A DNA stretch of 35,398 nucleotides from the NCBI GenBank assembly GCA_964485155.1, contig CAZAIL010000001.1, positions 1 to 35,398 of the forward strand, written 5' to 3'. Position numbers and translations under genes: made by a program. Below the pieces are notes generated by a model. That model saw only the letters and a list, made by a program, of their open reading frames with translations. It was not told the DNA's origin and did not search any database. How positions within the stretch are numbered: the stretch's first letter is position 1; every line of letters starts with the position of its first letter. Positions 1-9,598 of this stretch are shown here, piece by piece. The stretch comes from an uncultured Flavobacterium sp. GTDB lineage: Bacteria; Bacteroidota; Bacteroidia; Flavobacteriales; Flavobacteriaceae.

Positions 1-2391
1 ATGCAAAAACGTGCTGCCAATGCAGTACGAGGAATGGTAGAAAGTGAAGAAAATTTCATTGTCTCTATTCATGACCACGGAGCAGGAGGTCATTTAAATT
101 GTTTATCTGAATTGGTAGAAGATACTGGTGGAAAAATAAATTTAGACAAGCTTCCCGTAGGTGACCCAACCTTATCCGCAAAAGAAATTATTGGGAATGA
201 ATCTCAAGAAAGAATGGGTCTAGTCATCGCAGAAAAGCATATAGGCATTCTTCAAAAAATAGCTGAAAGAGAACGTTCACCAATGTATACCGTTGGAGAT
301 GTTACTGGAAACCATCGGTTTACTTTTGAATCTATAACCAATGGAGATACTCCCATGGATTTAGCTTTAGAAGATATGTTTGGAAGCTCTCCTAAAACCA
401 TAATGACAGACAAAACTGTTCAAAGAAATTATAAAAACCCCAGATACAAAACCAAAAATTTACATATTTACTTAGAGCAAGTTCTACAATTAGAAGCGGT
501 AGCCTGTAAAGATTGGTTAACAAATAAAGTAGATAGATGTGTTGGTGGTAAAGTAGCCAAGCAACAATGTGTAGGAACTCTTCAAATTCCATTAAATAAT
601 GTGGGCGTTATGGCACTAGATTATAATGGAAAAGAAGGAATTGCAACTTCTATAGGACACGCACCTATTTCTGGCCTAATAAACCCCAAAGCTGGCAGTA
701 GAAACTCAATTACTGAAGCGCTAACAAATATTATTTGGGCACCCTTAAAAGACAATATTAAAAGTGTGTCTTTATCTGCAAACTGGATGTGGCCGTGTAA
801 AAACGAAGGTGAAGATGCTCGCCTTTATGAAGCTGTTGAGGCAATTTCAAAGTTTTCAATTGAATTAGGGATTAATGTTCCTACTGGTAAAGATTCTTTG
901 TCTATGAAACAACGGTATTCAAATGAAGAAGTAATTTCACCTGGAACTGTTATTATTACTGCTGCTGGAAACTGTAATCAAATCTCAAAAGTTGTTGAGC
1001 CTGTTTTAAAGTACAATGGTGATGCTATTTATTATATAAATATCTCACAAGATTCATATAAATTAGGTGGAAGCTCTTTTAATCAGGTTTTAAATACTAT
1101 AGGTAATGAAACACCTGATGTAAAAAGTTCTCATTTTTTAAAAAATGTATTTAACACAATACAAAACTTAATTAAAGAAGACAAAATTAGTGCAGGACAC
1201 GATGTTGCATCTGGTGGTTTCATTACAACACTTCTAGAAATGTGTTTTGCAGACAATAATCTAGGTGCAAATATTGATTTAACATCACTATCTGAAAGTG
1301 ATTCTATTAAGTTATTATTTTCAGAAAATACGGGAATCATTTTTCAAGCCGATGCTTCAATAGAGAAAACATTGCTAGATGAAAGTATTGAGTTCTTCAC
1401 TATTGGTAAGGTTATAGATAAAGGAACTGTAACTATTAAAAATTATGAAGACAACTTTATTTTTGATGTATCTAAAGTAAGAGATACATGGTTTATGACT
1501 TCTTATTTATTAGATCAAAAACAAACCTCAAATGGTTTAGCAGAACATAGATTTAATAATTTTAAAAAACAACCATTAAAATATGAGTTTCCGAAAAATT
1601 TTACTGGAAAACTTCCTGTCATTAGTAAAGACAAACTAAGACCAAAAGCAGCAATTATACGTGAAAAGGGTAGTAATTCTGAACGTGAAATGGCTAATGC
1701 AATGCATTTAGCAGGTTTTGATGTAAAAGATGTGCACATGACAGATTTAATTTCTGGTCGTGAAACATTAGAAGATATTCAGTTTATTGGTGCCGTTGGT
1801 GGGTTCTCTAATTCTGATGTTTTAGGCTCTGCTAAAGGTTGGGCGGGAGCATTTTTGTATAATCCTAAAGCAAAAAAAGCATTAAAAAACTTCTTTAAAA
1901 GAGAAGATACTTTAAGTATTGGTATTTGTAATGGTTGTCAATTATGGATGGAACTAGATTTAATGAACCCAGAACATGAAATTCATGGAAAAATGACTTA
2001 CAATGATTCTAAGAAGCATGAAAGTGCGTTTACTTCTGTAAAAATAGAAAACAATAATTCAATCATGTTATCTAGTTTAGCTGGATCAACTCTTGGGGTA
2101 TGGATTTCACATGGAGAAGGAAAATTTAAGTTACCCTATGCCGAAGAAAGCTATCATATTGTAGCTAAATATAGTTACGAAGCATATCCTCATAATCCAA
2201 ATGGATCTGATTTTAATTCAGCAATGATGTGCGACAAAACAGGTAGGCACTTGGTAACCATGCCTCATATAGAGCGTTCAACTTTTCAATGGAATTGGGC
2301 TAACTATCCACAGGGAAGAAAAGATGAAGTTTCACCATGGATTGAAGCTTTTGTAAATGCTAGACAATGGTTAGAAAGTAAAGGAATTTAA
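1..2391 (+). CDS. purL: Phosphoribosylformylglycinamidine synthase (large PurL), 5'-truncated by the window edge
   Basis: SIHDHGAGG, NESQERMGL, GKDSLSM synthetase motifs; C-terminal glutaminase domain with GICNGCQL (catalytic Cys) and MPHIER (His-x-Glu). The frame is open at base 1. Confidence 0.97.
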   Translation: MQKRAANAVRGMVESEENFIVSIHDHGAGGHLNCLSELVEDTGGKINLDKLPVGDPTLSAKEIIGNESQERMGLVIAEKHIGILQKIAERERSPMYTVGDVTGNHRFTFESITNGDTPMDLALEDMFGSSPKTIMTDKTVQRNYKNPRYKTKNLHIYLEQVLQLEAVACKDWLTNKVDRCVGGKVAKQQCVGTLQIPLNNVGVMALDYNGKEGIATSIGHAPISGLINPKAGSRNSITEALTNIIWAPLKDNIKSVSLSANWMWPCKNEGEDARLYEAVEAISKFSIELGINVPTGKDSLSMKQRYSNEEVISPGTVIITAAGNCNQISKVVEPVLKYNGDAIYYINISQDSYKLGGSSFNQVLNTIGNETPDVKSSHFLKNVFNTIQNLIKEDKISAGHDVASGGFITTLLEMCFADNNLGANIDLTSLSESDSIKLLFSENTGIIFQADASIEKTLLDESIEFFTIGKVIDKGTVTIKNYEDNFIFDVSKVRDTWFMTSYLLDQKQTSNGLAEHRFNNFKKQPLKYEFPKNFTGKLPVISKDKLRPKAAIIREKGSNSEREMANAMHLAGFDVKDVHMTDLISGRETLEDIQFIGAVGGFSNSDVLGSAKGWAGAFLYNPKAKKALKNFFKREDTLSIGICNGCQLWMELDLMNPEHEIHGKMTYNDSKKHESAFTSVKIENNNSIMLSSLAGSTLGVWISHGEGKFKLPYAEESYHIVAKYSYEAYPHNPNGSDFNSAMMCDKTGRHLVTMPHIERSTFQWNWANYPQGRKDEVSPWIEAFVNARQWLESKGI

Positions 2392-2411
2392 TAACTACTC
2401 ACACAGACAAA

Positions 2412-4811
2412 TTGAAAAAAACATTCTTAGTCTATTTCTTATTGGTAATCCAAAACATTTTTAGTCAAAACGTACAGGAAAAGCACCAACGAGCTAAAAT
2501 TAATTACAATCAACCTGATGATTTAAGAACATTAGAATTAATCGGAATACCAGTAGATCATGGGGTTCATAAAAAAGGAGTTTTTATTATTTCTGATTTC
2601 TCTGTTTCAGAAATTGAAAAGGCTAGAAATGCAGGGTATAAAGTAGATCTTTTAATTGAAGATTCTAAAGAATATTTTCTTCAACGCAATACGATTAAAA
2701 GCGTTACAAAAAAAAATCCATCTTGTGAAAATCAATCATCTTCAGATTACCAAACACCTAATAATTTCACTTTAGGTTCTATGGGAGGGTATTTAACCTA
2801 CCAAGAAATGCTAGATCAATTAGATTTAATGAAATCATTATACCCACAACTCATATCAACTAAAGAAAATATCAGTGATTTCCTTACAGAAGGTGAACCA
2901 GATAATTCTACCACACCTTCAATAGGAGGAAATGGAATTAAATGGGTTAAAATAAGTGATAATCCAACTATTTCGTCAGAAGAAGAACCTCAAATTCTTT
3001 ACACTGCAATTCATCATGCTAGAGAACCTAATTCACTTTCTCAACTTATTTTTTACATGTGGTATTTATTAGAAAACTATGAATTAGATAATGAAATAAA
3101 AAGTATCGTAGATAATACAGAGCTATTTTTTGTTCCAGTTGTTAATCCAGATGGTTATCTATACAACGAAAAAACAGATCCTAACGGAGGTGGATTTTGG
3201 AGAAAAAATAGAAAAAATGGATATGGCGTAGATAATAATCGTAATTACGACTATTATATTAATGGTAATTCAAGTAATGGCGTTTGGGGGGGTGAAGGAG
3301 CTTCAAGCAATACTGGAAGTTCATCGTACCATGGATCAGCTCCGTTTTCTGAAATAGAGAATCAAGCTATCAAGTGGTTTTGTGAGCAACATAATTTTGT
3401 TATGGCATTTAATAATCATTCATACGGGGACCTATTGTTATACCCATATGGATATACCAGTGATGCCCCAACTCCAGAAAATGAAGTATTCGAAATAATT
3501 TCTGAAGAATTAGTTTCAAGAAATGGGTTTAATAATATATTATCCTCTGGATTATATCCTGCAGCAGGAGATAGTGATGATTATATGTATGGAACCATTG
3601 GGACACACAACAAAATTTATGCAATGACTCCAGAAATAGGTTCTGAATTTTGGCCACCATCAAGCCAAATAGAAGAGATTGCTAAAAGTATGATGTATCT
3701 CAATACAACATCAGCAAAAATGGTTAACAACTATGCCGTTTTAAATGACACATCTCCTGCATTTATAGGTGATGAAGTTATAATAAATCAAACTTTTAAC
3801 TTAAAAAGAATGGGTATTTCTGGAAATGGGAACTTTACAATAAGTGTCAACCCTATTTCTTTAAATATTAGTGCTGTTGGTGATCCTATATTATTTTCAA
3901 ACTTAGAACTTCTAGAAGAGACCAATGGATCAATACAATATACCTTATTAAACGATACTCAACCCGGTGACAATATAGTATTTGAACTCATAGTAAATAA
4001 TGGTAACTATGAGCAAAAAGTTCTCGTAAAGAAAGTGTATGGAAAGATAATTCCTGTTTTTGAAGATTATGGTAATAGTGTAACCAATAATTTTAATAAT
4101 AACGGTTGGAATACCACAAATACATCTTTCGTATCTCCATCAAGTTCAATTACAGATTCTCCAAATGGAAATTATCAAAATAATGAGAATAAAACCATTA
4201 CTATATCAGAGGAGGTGATTTTAACCAATGCAATTAGTGCAAATATTACTTTTTATGCAAAGTGGGACATAGAAAATAATTGGGACTATGTTCAATTGGA
4301 AGTTTCGTTAGACAATGGTAATTCATGGATCCCTCAATGTGGTCTCTTCACTAACGAGGGAAGTGATAATCAGACTCAACCAACTGGAGAACCCCTATAC
4401 GATGGCTCTCAAAATGATTGGGTACTAGAGCAAATTGATTTAAATGATTATTTAGGTGAAGAAATTACAATACGTTTTAATTTTGTGACTGATGGAGAAG
4501 TGAGAGCTGACGGATTTTATTTTGATGACTTGACTATTAATGTTATTGATAACGAAGAATTAGGTAATTCAGATATTATAGAATCAAGTTTTGGTGTACA
4601 CCCCAATCCATTAAAAAATTTCTTGTATATAACAACACCAAAAAATAATTACAAAATAAGTATTTATAATATTCATGGGCAATTAATAAGAACACCATCT
4701 ATTTATTCTGGTTCTCAAACTATCGATTATGGTAGTTTATCTAAAGGAATTTATTTAATGAAAATTACTTCAAAAAATTATTCAAAAATCTACAAAATTA
4801 TAAAACAATAA
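2412..4811 (+). CDS. Secreted M14 zinc carboxypeptidase with beta-sandwich (immune inhibitor A-like) domain and T9SS type A sorting domain
   Basis: Signal peptide (TTG start, MKKTFLVYFLLV); HHAREP, WRKNR, GVDNNRNY, NNHSYG and TPEIG M14 motifs; C-terminal HPNP...LSKGIYLMKI...KIIKQ typical of a T9SS CTD. Confidence 0.9.
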   Translation: MKKTFLVYFLLVIQNIFSQNVQEKHQRAKINYNQPDDLRTLELIGIPVDHGVHKKGVFIISDFSVSEIEKARNAGYKVDLLIEDSKEYFLQRNTIKSVTKKNPSCENQSSSDYQTPNNFTLGSMGGYLTYQEMLDQLDLMKSLYPQLISTKENISDFLTEGEPDNSTTPSIGGNGIKWVKISDNPTISSEEEPQILYTAIHHAREPNSLSQLIFYMWYLLENYELDNEIKSIVDNTELFFVPVVNPDGYLYNEKTDPNGGGFWRKNRKNGYGVDNNRNYDYYINGNSSNGVWGGEGASSNTGSSSYHGSAPFSEIENQAIKWFCEQHNFVMAFNNHSYGDLLLYPYGYTSDAPTPENEVFEIISEELVSRNGFNNILSSGLYPAAGDSDDYMYGTIGTHNKIYAMTPEIGSEFWPPSSQIEEIAKSMMYLNTTSAKMVNNYAVLNDTSPAFIGDEVIINQTFNLKRMGISGNGNFTISVNPISLNISAVGDPILFSNLELLEETNGSIQYTLLNDTQPGDNIVFELIVNNGNYEQKVLVKKVYGKIIPVFEDYGNSVTNNFNNNGWNTTNTSFVSPSSSITDSPNGNYQNNENKTITISEEVILTNAISANITFYAKWDIENNWDYVQLEVSLDNGNSWIPQCGLFTNEGSDNQTQPTGEPLYDGSQNDWVLEQIDLNDYLGEEITIRFNFVTDGEVRADGFYFDDLTINVIDNEELGNSDIIESSFGVHPNPLKNFLYITTPKNNYKISIYNIHGQLIRTPSIYSGSQTIDYGSLSKGIYLMKITSKNYSKIYKIIKQ

Positions 4812-5040
4812 TTTCCCAACTATTTTAAGAAAAAAAGAACTAATATTTATATGTTTTGCTTCAAATGTTTTAGTGAATTTTAGAAAAAAATAAATAAATT
4901 TTAACTACGTATTATCCTATAAAATTAATATTGTGCTTTTTATAAATAGTAACATACTTTATTTTACAACATTAAGTAAAAAAAGTATTTTTATTATTAA
5001 TAATTAACAAGGTAAGGGAAGTTAATTATTAATAAAGTTA

Positions 5041-5074
5041 AATAGGTTTTCAGAAATGAAGCCTATTTTTTTTT
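5041..5074 (+). terminator. Intrinsic-terminator-like hairpin
   Basis: AATAGGTTTTCA-GAAA-TGAAGCCTATT followed by a T run; ends about 25 nt upstream of the 5100 ATG. Confidence 0.6.
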
Positions 5075-5099
5075 ATCTTGCTGTTATATTAGAACCTTT

Positions 5100-6860
5100 A
5101 TGAAAGATAAAATAACACGTATTTTTGATTGTATTCAATATCAGAACAACAACTTTCCGCAAAAAAAATCATTAGTATACAAAGAAAATGATATATGGAA
5201 AAGTTATACAAGTCAGGATTTTATTACTATTTCTGACCAAGTAAGTAGGGCACTACTTACGCTAGGTATTAAAGCAAATGATAAAATTGCCATAATAGTT
5301 CCTGTTAATCAACCTAAATGGCATTTTTTAGATATTGGAATCTTACAAATAGGTGCTCAAAATGTGCCTTTATATGCAACATTATCTGAAAAAGATTATC
5401 AATATGTATTAAACCACTCAGATTCAAAATATTGCTTTATTGCTGGTGATGATATCTTTGAAAAAGTGAAAGCTGTTCAAGGTAAAACACAACTTAAAGA
5501 AGTATTTCGTCTTGATGATGACTCTAAATTTGGTTGGAACTCTTTTTTAGATCTAGGAAGAGATGAAAGTTCTCAAGTTAGGGTTGAAGAATTGAAGAAG
5601 TCTGTGAGCCCAAAAGACATTGCTACCATAATTTATACATCAGGAACAACAGGAACTCCAAAAGGAGTGATGTTATCACATGAAAACATCGTTCAAAATA
5701 TAAAGGTAACAGCAGATAGATTAGATATTCAAGGGTCCGGAAAAAGAACAATAAGCTACCTACCAGTAAGTCATGTCTTTGAAAGAGTATCAGGGTATTA
5801 TTCTCAAATGATGGGTTTTAGCACTTATTTTGCCGAAAGCATAGAGCTATTAGGAGATAATATCAGAGAAGTTAAGCCTAATATGATGGCAGTAGTTCCA
5901 AGACTTCTAGAAAAAATATTTGATAAAATTTTAGACAAAGGAAGTAAACTAAACGGATTAAAGAAAAAACTTTTCTTTTGGGCATTAGCATTAGGTGAAC
6001 GTTATGAACCTTACAAGAAAAATGGTGTTTGGTATCATTTTCAATTAAAAATAGCTAGAAAACTAATTTTTAGTAAATGGCAGGAAGCTTTAGGAAACAA
6101 TTTAGAATTTATGATTTCAGGAAGCGCTCCTCTTCAACCAAGGTTGATTAAAGTTTTTACAGCGGCCGGAATTCCAGTTTATGAAGGCTATGGCATGACC
6201 GAATCTTCACCTGGTGCAACATTAAATGATTTAAGAAATAATTCTTTAAAAATTGGAACCGTTGGTAAGCCATTAAAAGGTGTTGAAATTAAAATTGCCG
6301 ATGATGGAGAAATCTTAATGAAGGGACATTGTGTAATGCAGGGTTATTATAAAAGGGAAGATTTGACTGCCGAAACTATAAAGGATGGATACCTTCACTC
6401 CGGTGATATAGGAGAGATTGATTCTGAAGGGTTTTTAAAAATAACTGATAGAAAAAAAGAAATTTTTAAAACTTCTGGTGGAAAATATATTGCTCCAACT
6501 GTGATAGAAACTGAATTAAAAAAATCACGTTTTATAGATCAAGTAATGGTTATTGGTGAAGCACAAAAAATGCCTGCAGCTCTTATTCAAATTAATTTTG
6601 AATATATAAATGAATGGGCTAAGAGAAAAGGATACAAAATAGATAACGTTCAAGATAACCAGAAATTAAGACAAAGAATTCAAAAAGAGATAGATACATG
6701 CAATAAGAGTTTTGGGAATTGGGAACAAATCAAAGAGTTTCAAATAACAGGTGAAGAATGGACAGCAACATCAGGACACTTAACTCCTACTCTTAAAATG
6801 AAGAGAAAAGTGATCTTAGAAAAACATAAAAATCTTTATAATAAAATATATAATCTTTAA
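5100..6860 (+). CDS. Long-chain fatty acid-CoA ligase (AMP-dependent synthetase), paralogue 1
   Basis: IYTSGTTGTPKG AMP-binding loop, EGYGMTE, GYLHSGDIG, ITDRKKEIFKTSGGKY. Confidence 0.92.
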   Translation: MKDKITRIFDCIQYQNNNFPQKKSLVYKENDIWKSYTSQDFITISDQVSRALLTLGIKANDKIAIIVPVNQPKWHFLDIGILQIGAQNVPLYATLSEKDYQYVLNHSDSKYCFIAGDDIFEKVKAVQGKTQLKEVFRLDDDSKFGWNSFLDLGRDESSQVRVEELKKSVSPKDIATIIYTSGTTGTPKGVMLSHENIVQNIKVTADRLDIQGSGKRTISYLPVSHVFERVSGYYSQMMGFSTYFAESIELLGDNIREVKPNMMAVVPRLLEKIFDKILDKGSKLNGLKKKLFFWALALGERYEPYKKNGVWYHFQLKIARKLIFSKWQEALGNNLEFMISGSAPLQPRLIKVFTAAGIPVYEGYGMTESSPGATLNDLRNNSLKIGTVGKPLKGVEIKIADDGEILMKGHCVMQGYYKREDLTAETIKDGYLHSGDIGEIDSEGFLKITDRKKEIFKTSGGKYIAPTVIETELKKSRFIDQVMVIGEAQKMPAALIQINFEYINEWAKRKGYKIDNVQDNQKLRQRIQKEIDTCNKSFGNWEQIKEFQITGEEWTATSGHLTPTLKMKRKVILEKHKNLYNKIYNL

Positions 6861-6943
6861 AATAAATGACTTAAAATATCATATTGTGAAATCTATTGAT
6901 TTTTCGTAATTTGGCATTGATAACTTTAACAAAGAAAAACTTT

Positions 6944-8728
6944 ATGTCTTCAGAAATTACTAGAATATTTGACTTCCCTTACTATTCACAAAAAAAATAT
7001 AAATTACATAATGCATTTGTAACAAAATATGGAAACAAATGGGTATCTACCTCTAGTGAAGAATATATTAGTAAGGCAAATTCAATCAGTAGAGCATTGT
7101 TACGTCTTGGAATAAAAGCAAATGATAAAATTGCTATTATTTCTACTACAAATAGAACAGAATGGAATATTATAGATATCGGTATTCTTCAGATTGGTGC
7201 ACAAAATGTACCAATATATCCAACTATCTCTAAAGAAGACTACGAATATGTTTTAAATCATTCTGAAGCTATTTATTGTTTTGCATCAGATATTAGTATT
7301 GTTGAAAAATTAAATAAGATAAAAGGGAATACTTCTCTCAAAGAAATATATACTTTTGATGACATTGCTGACGAAAAAAGCTGGAAAGATCTTTTAGCTT
7401 TAGGTGAAGATACTAGTAATCAAGATGAAGTTGAAGCAAGAAAAGACGCTGTAAAAAGTGAGGATTTAGCAACACTTATTTATACTTCTGGAACCACAGG
7501 AAGGCCAAAAGGTGTGATGCTTTCTCACGGTAATATTGTTTCTAATGTTTTAACTAGTGAAAAAAATGTTCCTTTAGCTAAAGGAAATGATAAGGCACTG
7601 AGTTTTCTTCCTGTCTGTCATATTTTTGAACGTATGATACTCTACCTATATCAATATTGTGGAATAGAAATATATTTTGCTGAAGGAGTTGAAAAATTAG
7701 TAGAAAACGCTCAAGAAATTAAGCCTAATGTTATGACAGCTGTACCACGTTTATATGAAAAAATCTTTGATAAAATTGTTTTAAAAGGACAAGAATTAAC
7801 GGGTATAAAAAAGAAACTATTCTTTTGGGCAGTAGATTTGGGTTTAAAATATGAACCATATGGCGCAAATGGTTGGTGGTATGAAAAACAATTAGGAATA
7901 GCTCGAAAACTAATTTTTTCTAAATGGCAAATGGCTTTAGGAGGTGAAATTAAATTAATGGTTTCAGGTGCTTCAGCTTTACAGCAAAGACTCACAAGAG
8001 TTTTTGCCGCAGCTGGAATGCCAATTATGGAGGGTTATGGGTTAACAGAAACATCTCCTGTAACTTCAATGAGTTTTATTGAGCAAAATGGTGTTCGAGG
8101 TTTTAGGGTTGGAGCTATTGGAAGAGTAATTGATGATGTGGAAGTTAAAATTGCTGATAACGGAGAAATTTTAGTAAAAGGACCCAATGTAATGCAGGGA
8201 TACTATAAAGATCCCGAAAAAACAGCAGAAGTAATTAAAGATGGATATTTTCATACTGGTGATAAAGGAGAAATTGATGCAGATGGGTTTCTGAAAATTA
8301 CTGGAAGAACAAAAGAAATGTTTAAAACCTCAGGAGGTAAATATATTGTACCACCTCTATTAGAGGGAGAATTAAAACAATCTTTATTCATAGAGCAAGT
8401 GATGGTAATTGGTGAAAATGAAAAAATGCCTGCAGCTTTAATTCAACCTAACTTTGTTTTTATTAAAGACTGGATAGAGAAGAAAAAACACAATATTGGT
8501 GTTTCTCATGAAGAAATAGCTAACTCTAAAATTGTAATTGATAGAATTCAATTAGAAGTTGACCAATGTAATAAAAGATTTGGAAGCTGGGAAAAAATAA
8601 AGAGATTTGAATTAACTCCTGATGAATGGACTATAGAAGGCGGTCATCTTACACCTACAATGAAAATGAAACGAGAAATCATTAAAGGAAATTATAACGA
8701 TTTATATGAAAAAATTTATCGAGAATAA
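6944..8728 (+). CDS. Long-chain fatty acid-CoA ligase, paralogue 2
   Basis: IYTSGTTGRPKG, EGYGLTE, GYFHTGDKG. Start moved from TTG 6896 to ATG 6944 because MSSEITRIFD aligns with paralogue 1 MKDKITRIFD. Confidence 0.92.
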   Translation: MSSEITRIFDFPYYSQKKYKLHNAFVTKYGNKWVSTSSEEYISKANSISRALLRLGIKANDKIAIISTTNRTEWNIIDIGILQIGAQNVPIYPTISKEDYEYVLNHSEAIYCFASDISIVEKLNKIKGNTSLKEIYTFDDIADEKSWKDLLALGEDTSNQDEVEARKDAVKSEDLATLIYTSGTTGRPKGVMLSHGNIVSNVLTSEKNVPLAKGNDKALSFLPVCHIFERMILYLYQYCGIEIYFAEGVEKLVENAQEIKPNVMTAVPRLYEKIFDKIVLKGQELTGIKKKLFFWAVDLGLKYEPYGANGWWYEKQLGIARKLIFSKWQMALGGEIKLMVSGASALQQRLTRVFAAAGMPIMEGYGLTETSPVTSMSFIEQNGVRGFRVGAIGRVIDDVEVKIADNGEILVKGPNVMQGYYKDPEKTAEVIKDGYFHTGDKGEIDADGFLKITGRTKEMFKTSGGKYIVPPLLEGELKQSLFIEQVMVIGENEKMPAALIQPNFVFIKDWIEKKKHNIGVSHEEIANSKIVIDRIQLEVDQCNKRFGSWEKIKRFELTPDEWTIEGGHLTPTMKMKREIIKGNYNDLYEKIYRE

Positions 8729-8734
8729 GATTTT

Positions 8735-8763
8735 AAAACGCTGCTAATTGCAGTGTTTTTTTT
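8735..8763. terminator. Rho-independent terminator between convergent acyl-CoA ligase and msrA, possibly bidirectional
   Basis: AAAACGCTGC-TAATT-GCAGTGTTTT stem (one G-U pair) followed by further Ts, 6 nt after the stop codon. Confidence 0.8.
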
Positions 8764-8806
8764 GTGTTAAAATTACAACTATAGAATAGAAGGAATAGAT
8801 TTAACT

Positions 8807-9457
8807 CTAATGTTTTTCTTTTAGAATCTTAGGGAATTTCTTCTGAAAGCGTTTTAATCTTGGAACAGATACATTTCTTACATAACTGTTGTAAGGGTTA
8901 AGTTTCTCATAATCTTGATGATAATCTTCAGCTTCATAAAAAACAGTATGCTGAGTTACTTCAGTAACAATTTTGTTGTTGTAGACTTCTTTATTTAATT
9001 TCTGAATAGCAAGATCTATGACTTTTTTTTCATTCATTGTATTGTAAAAGGCAATAGACCTATATTGACTTCCATAATCTGGGTGTTGCCCATTTTTTGT
9101 TGTTGGATCATGTGATCCAAAAAACACATCTACCAATGTTTTAAAACTTACTTTTTCTGGGTTGTAATATACCGCAACAGCTTCGGCATGACCTGTCCTA
9201 CCTGTTCCTATTGTCTGGTACGTTGGTCTTTTTGTATGCCCTCCAGCATACCCAGAAATAGCCTCACTTACACCCTCTACGCTTTCAAAAATTGCTTCTA
9301 CACACCAAAAGCAGCCACTTGCAAAATATGCAACTTTATCACTTTGATTAATTTTATTAAGAACTAAATTATTTTTAATAAAAACTTCTTTAAAACTATA
9401 AGAAATTGCTAAAAAAAATAGGATAATTAGAAGGATGATGTTTTTGTTAATTTTCAT
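8807..9457 (-). CDS. msrA: Peptide methionine (S)-S-oxide reductase, probably exported
   Basis: YFASGCFWCVE active-site motif, GHAEAV, HDPT, QYRS, FYEAEDYHQDY; hydrophobic N-terminal signal-like segment. Confidence 0.95.
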   Translation of the reverse strand: MKINKNIILLIILFFLAISYSFKEVFIKNNLVLNKINQSDKVAYFASGCFWCVEAIFESVEGVSEAISGYAGGHTKRPTYQTIGTGRTGHAEAVAVYYNPEKVSFKTLVDVFFGSHDPTTKNGQHPDYGSQYRSIAFYNTMNEKKVIDLAIQKLNKEVYNNKIVTEVTQHTVFYEAEDYHQDYEKLNPYNSYVRNVSVPRLKRFQKKFPKILKEKH

Positions 9458-9484
9458 GTTTAAATTTTTATATTATCATAGTCA

Positions 9485-9492
9485 CAAAAATA
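9485..9492 (-). promoter_or_regulatory. Bacteroidetes -7 promoter element (TAnnTTTG) for msrA
   Basis: Minus strand TATTTTTG 27 nt upstream of the msrA ATG. Confidence 0.5.
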
Positions 9493-9566
9493 AATAATTA
9501 TTACAATTTGTTTACAACTTTAGTATTTTGTTAAGAAAGCATATTGTGAATACTATTGTAGATACT

Positions 9567-9574
9567 TACATTTG
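9567..9574 (+). promoter_or_regulatory. Bacteroidetes -7 promoter element for dnaX
   Basis: TACATTTG 24 nt upstream of ATG 9599; it overlaps the TTG that the ORF track used as start. Confidence 0.55.
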
Positions 9575-9598
9575 TTAGACAAAGATAAGCAATCATAT

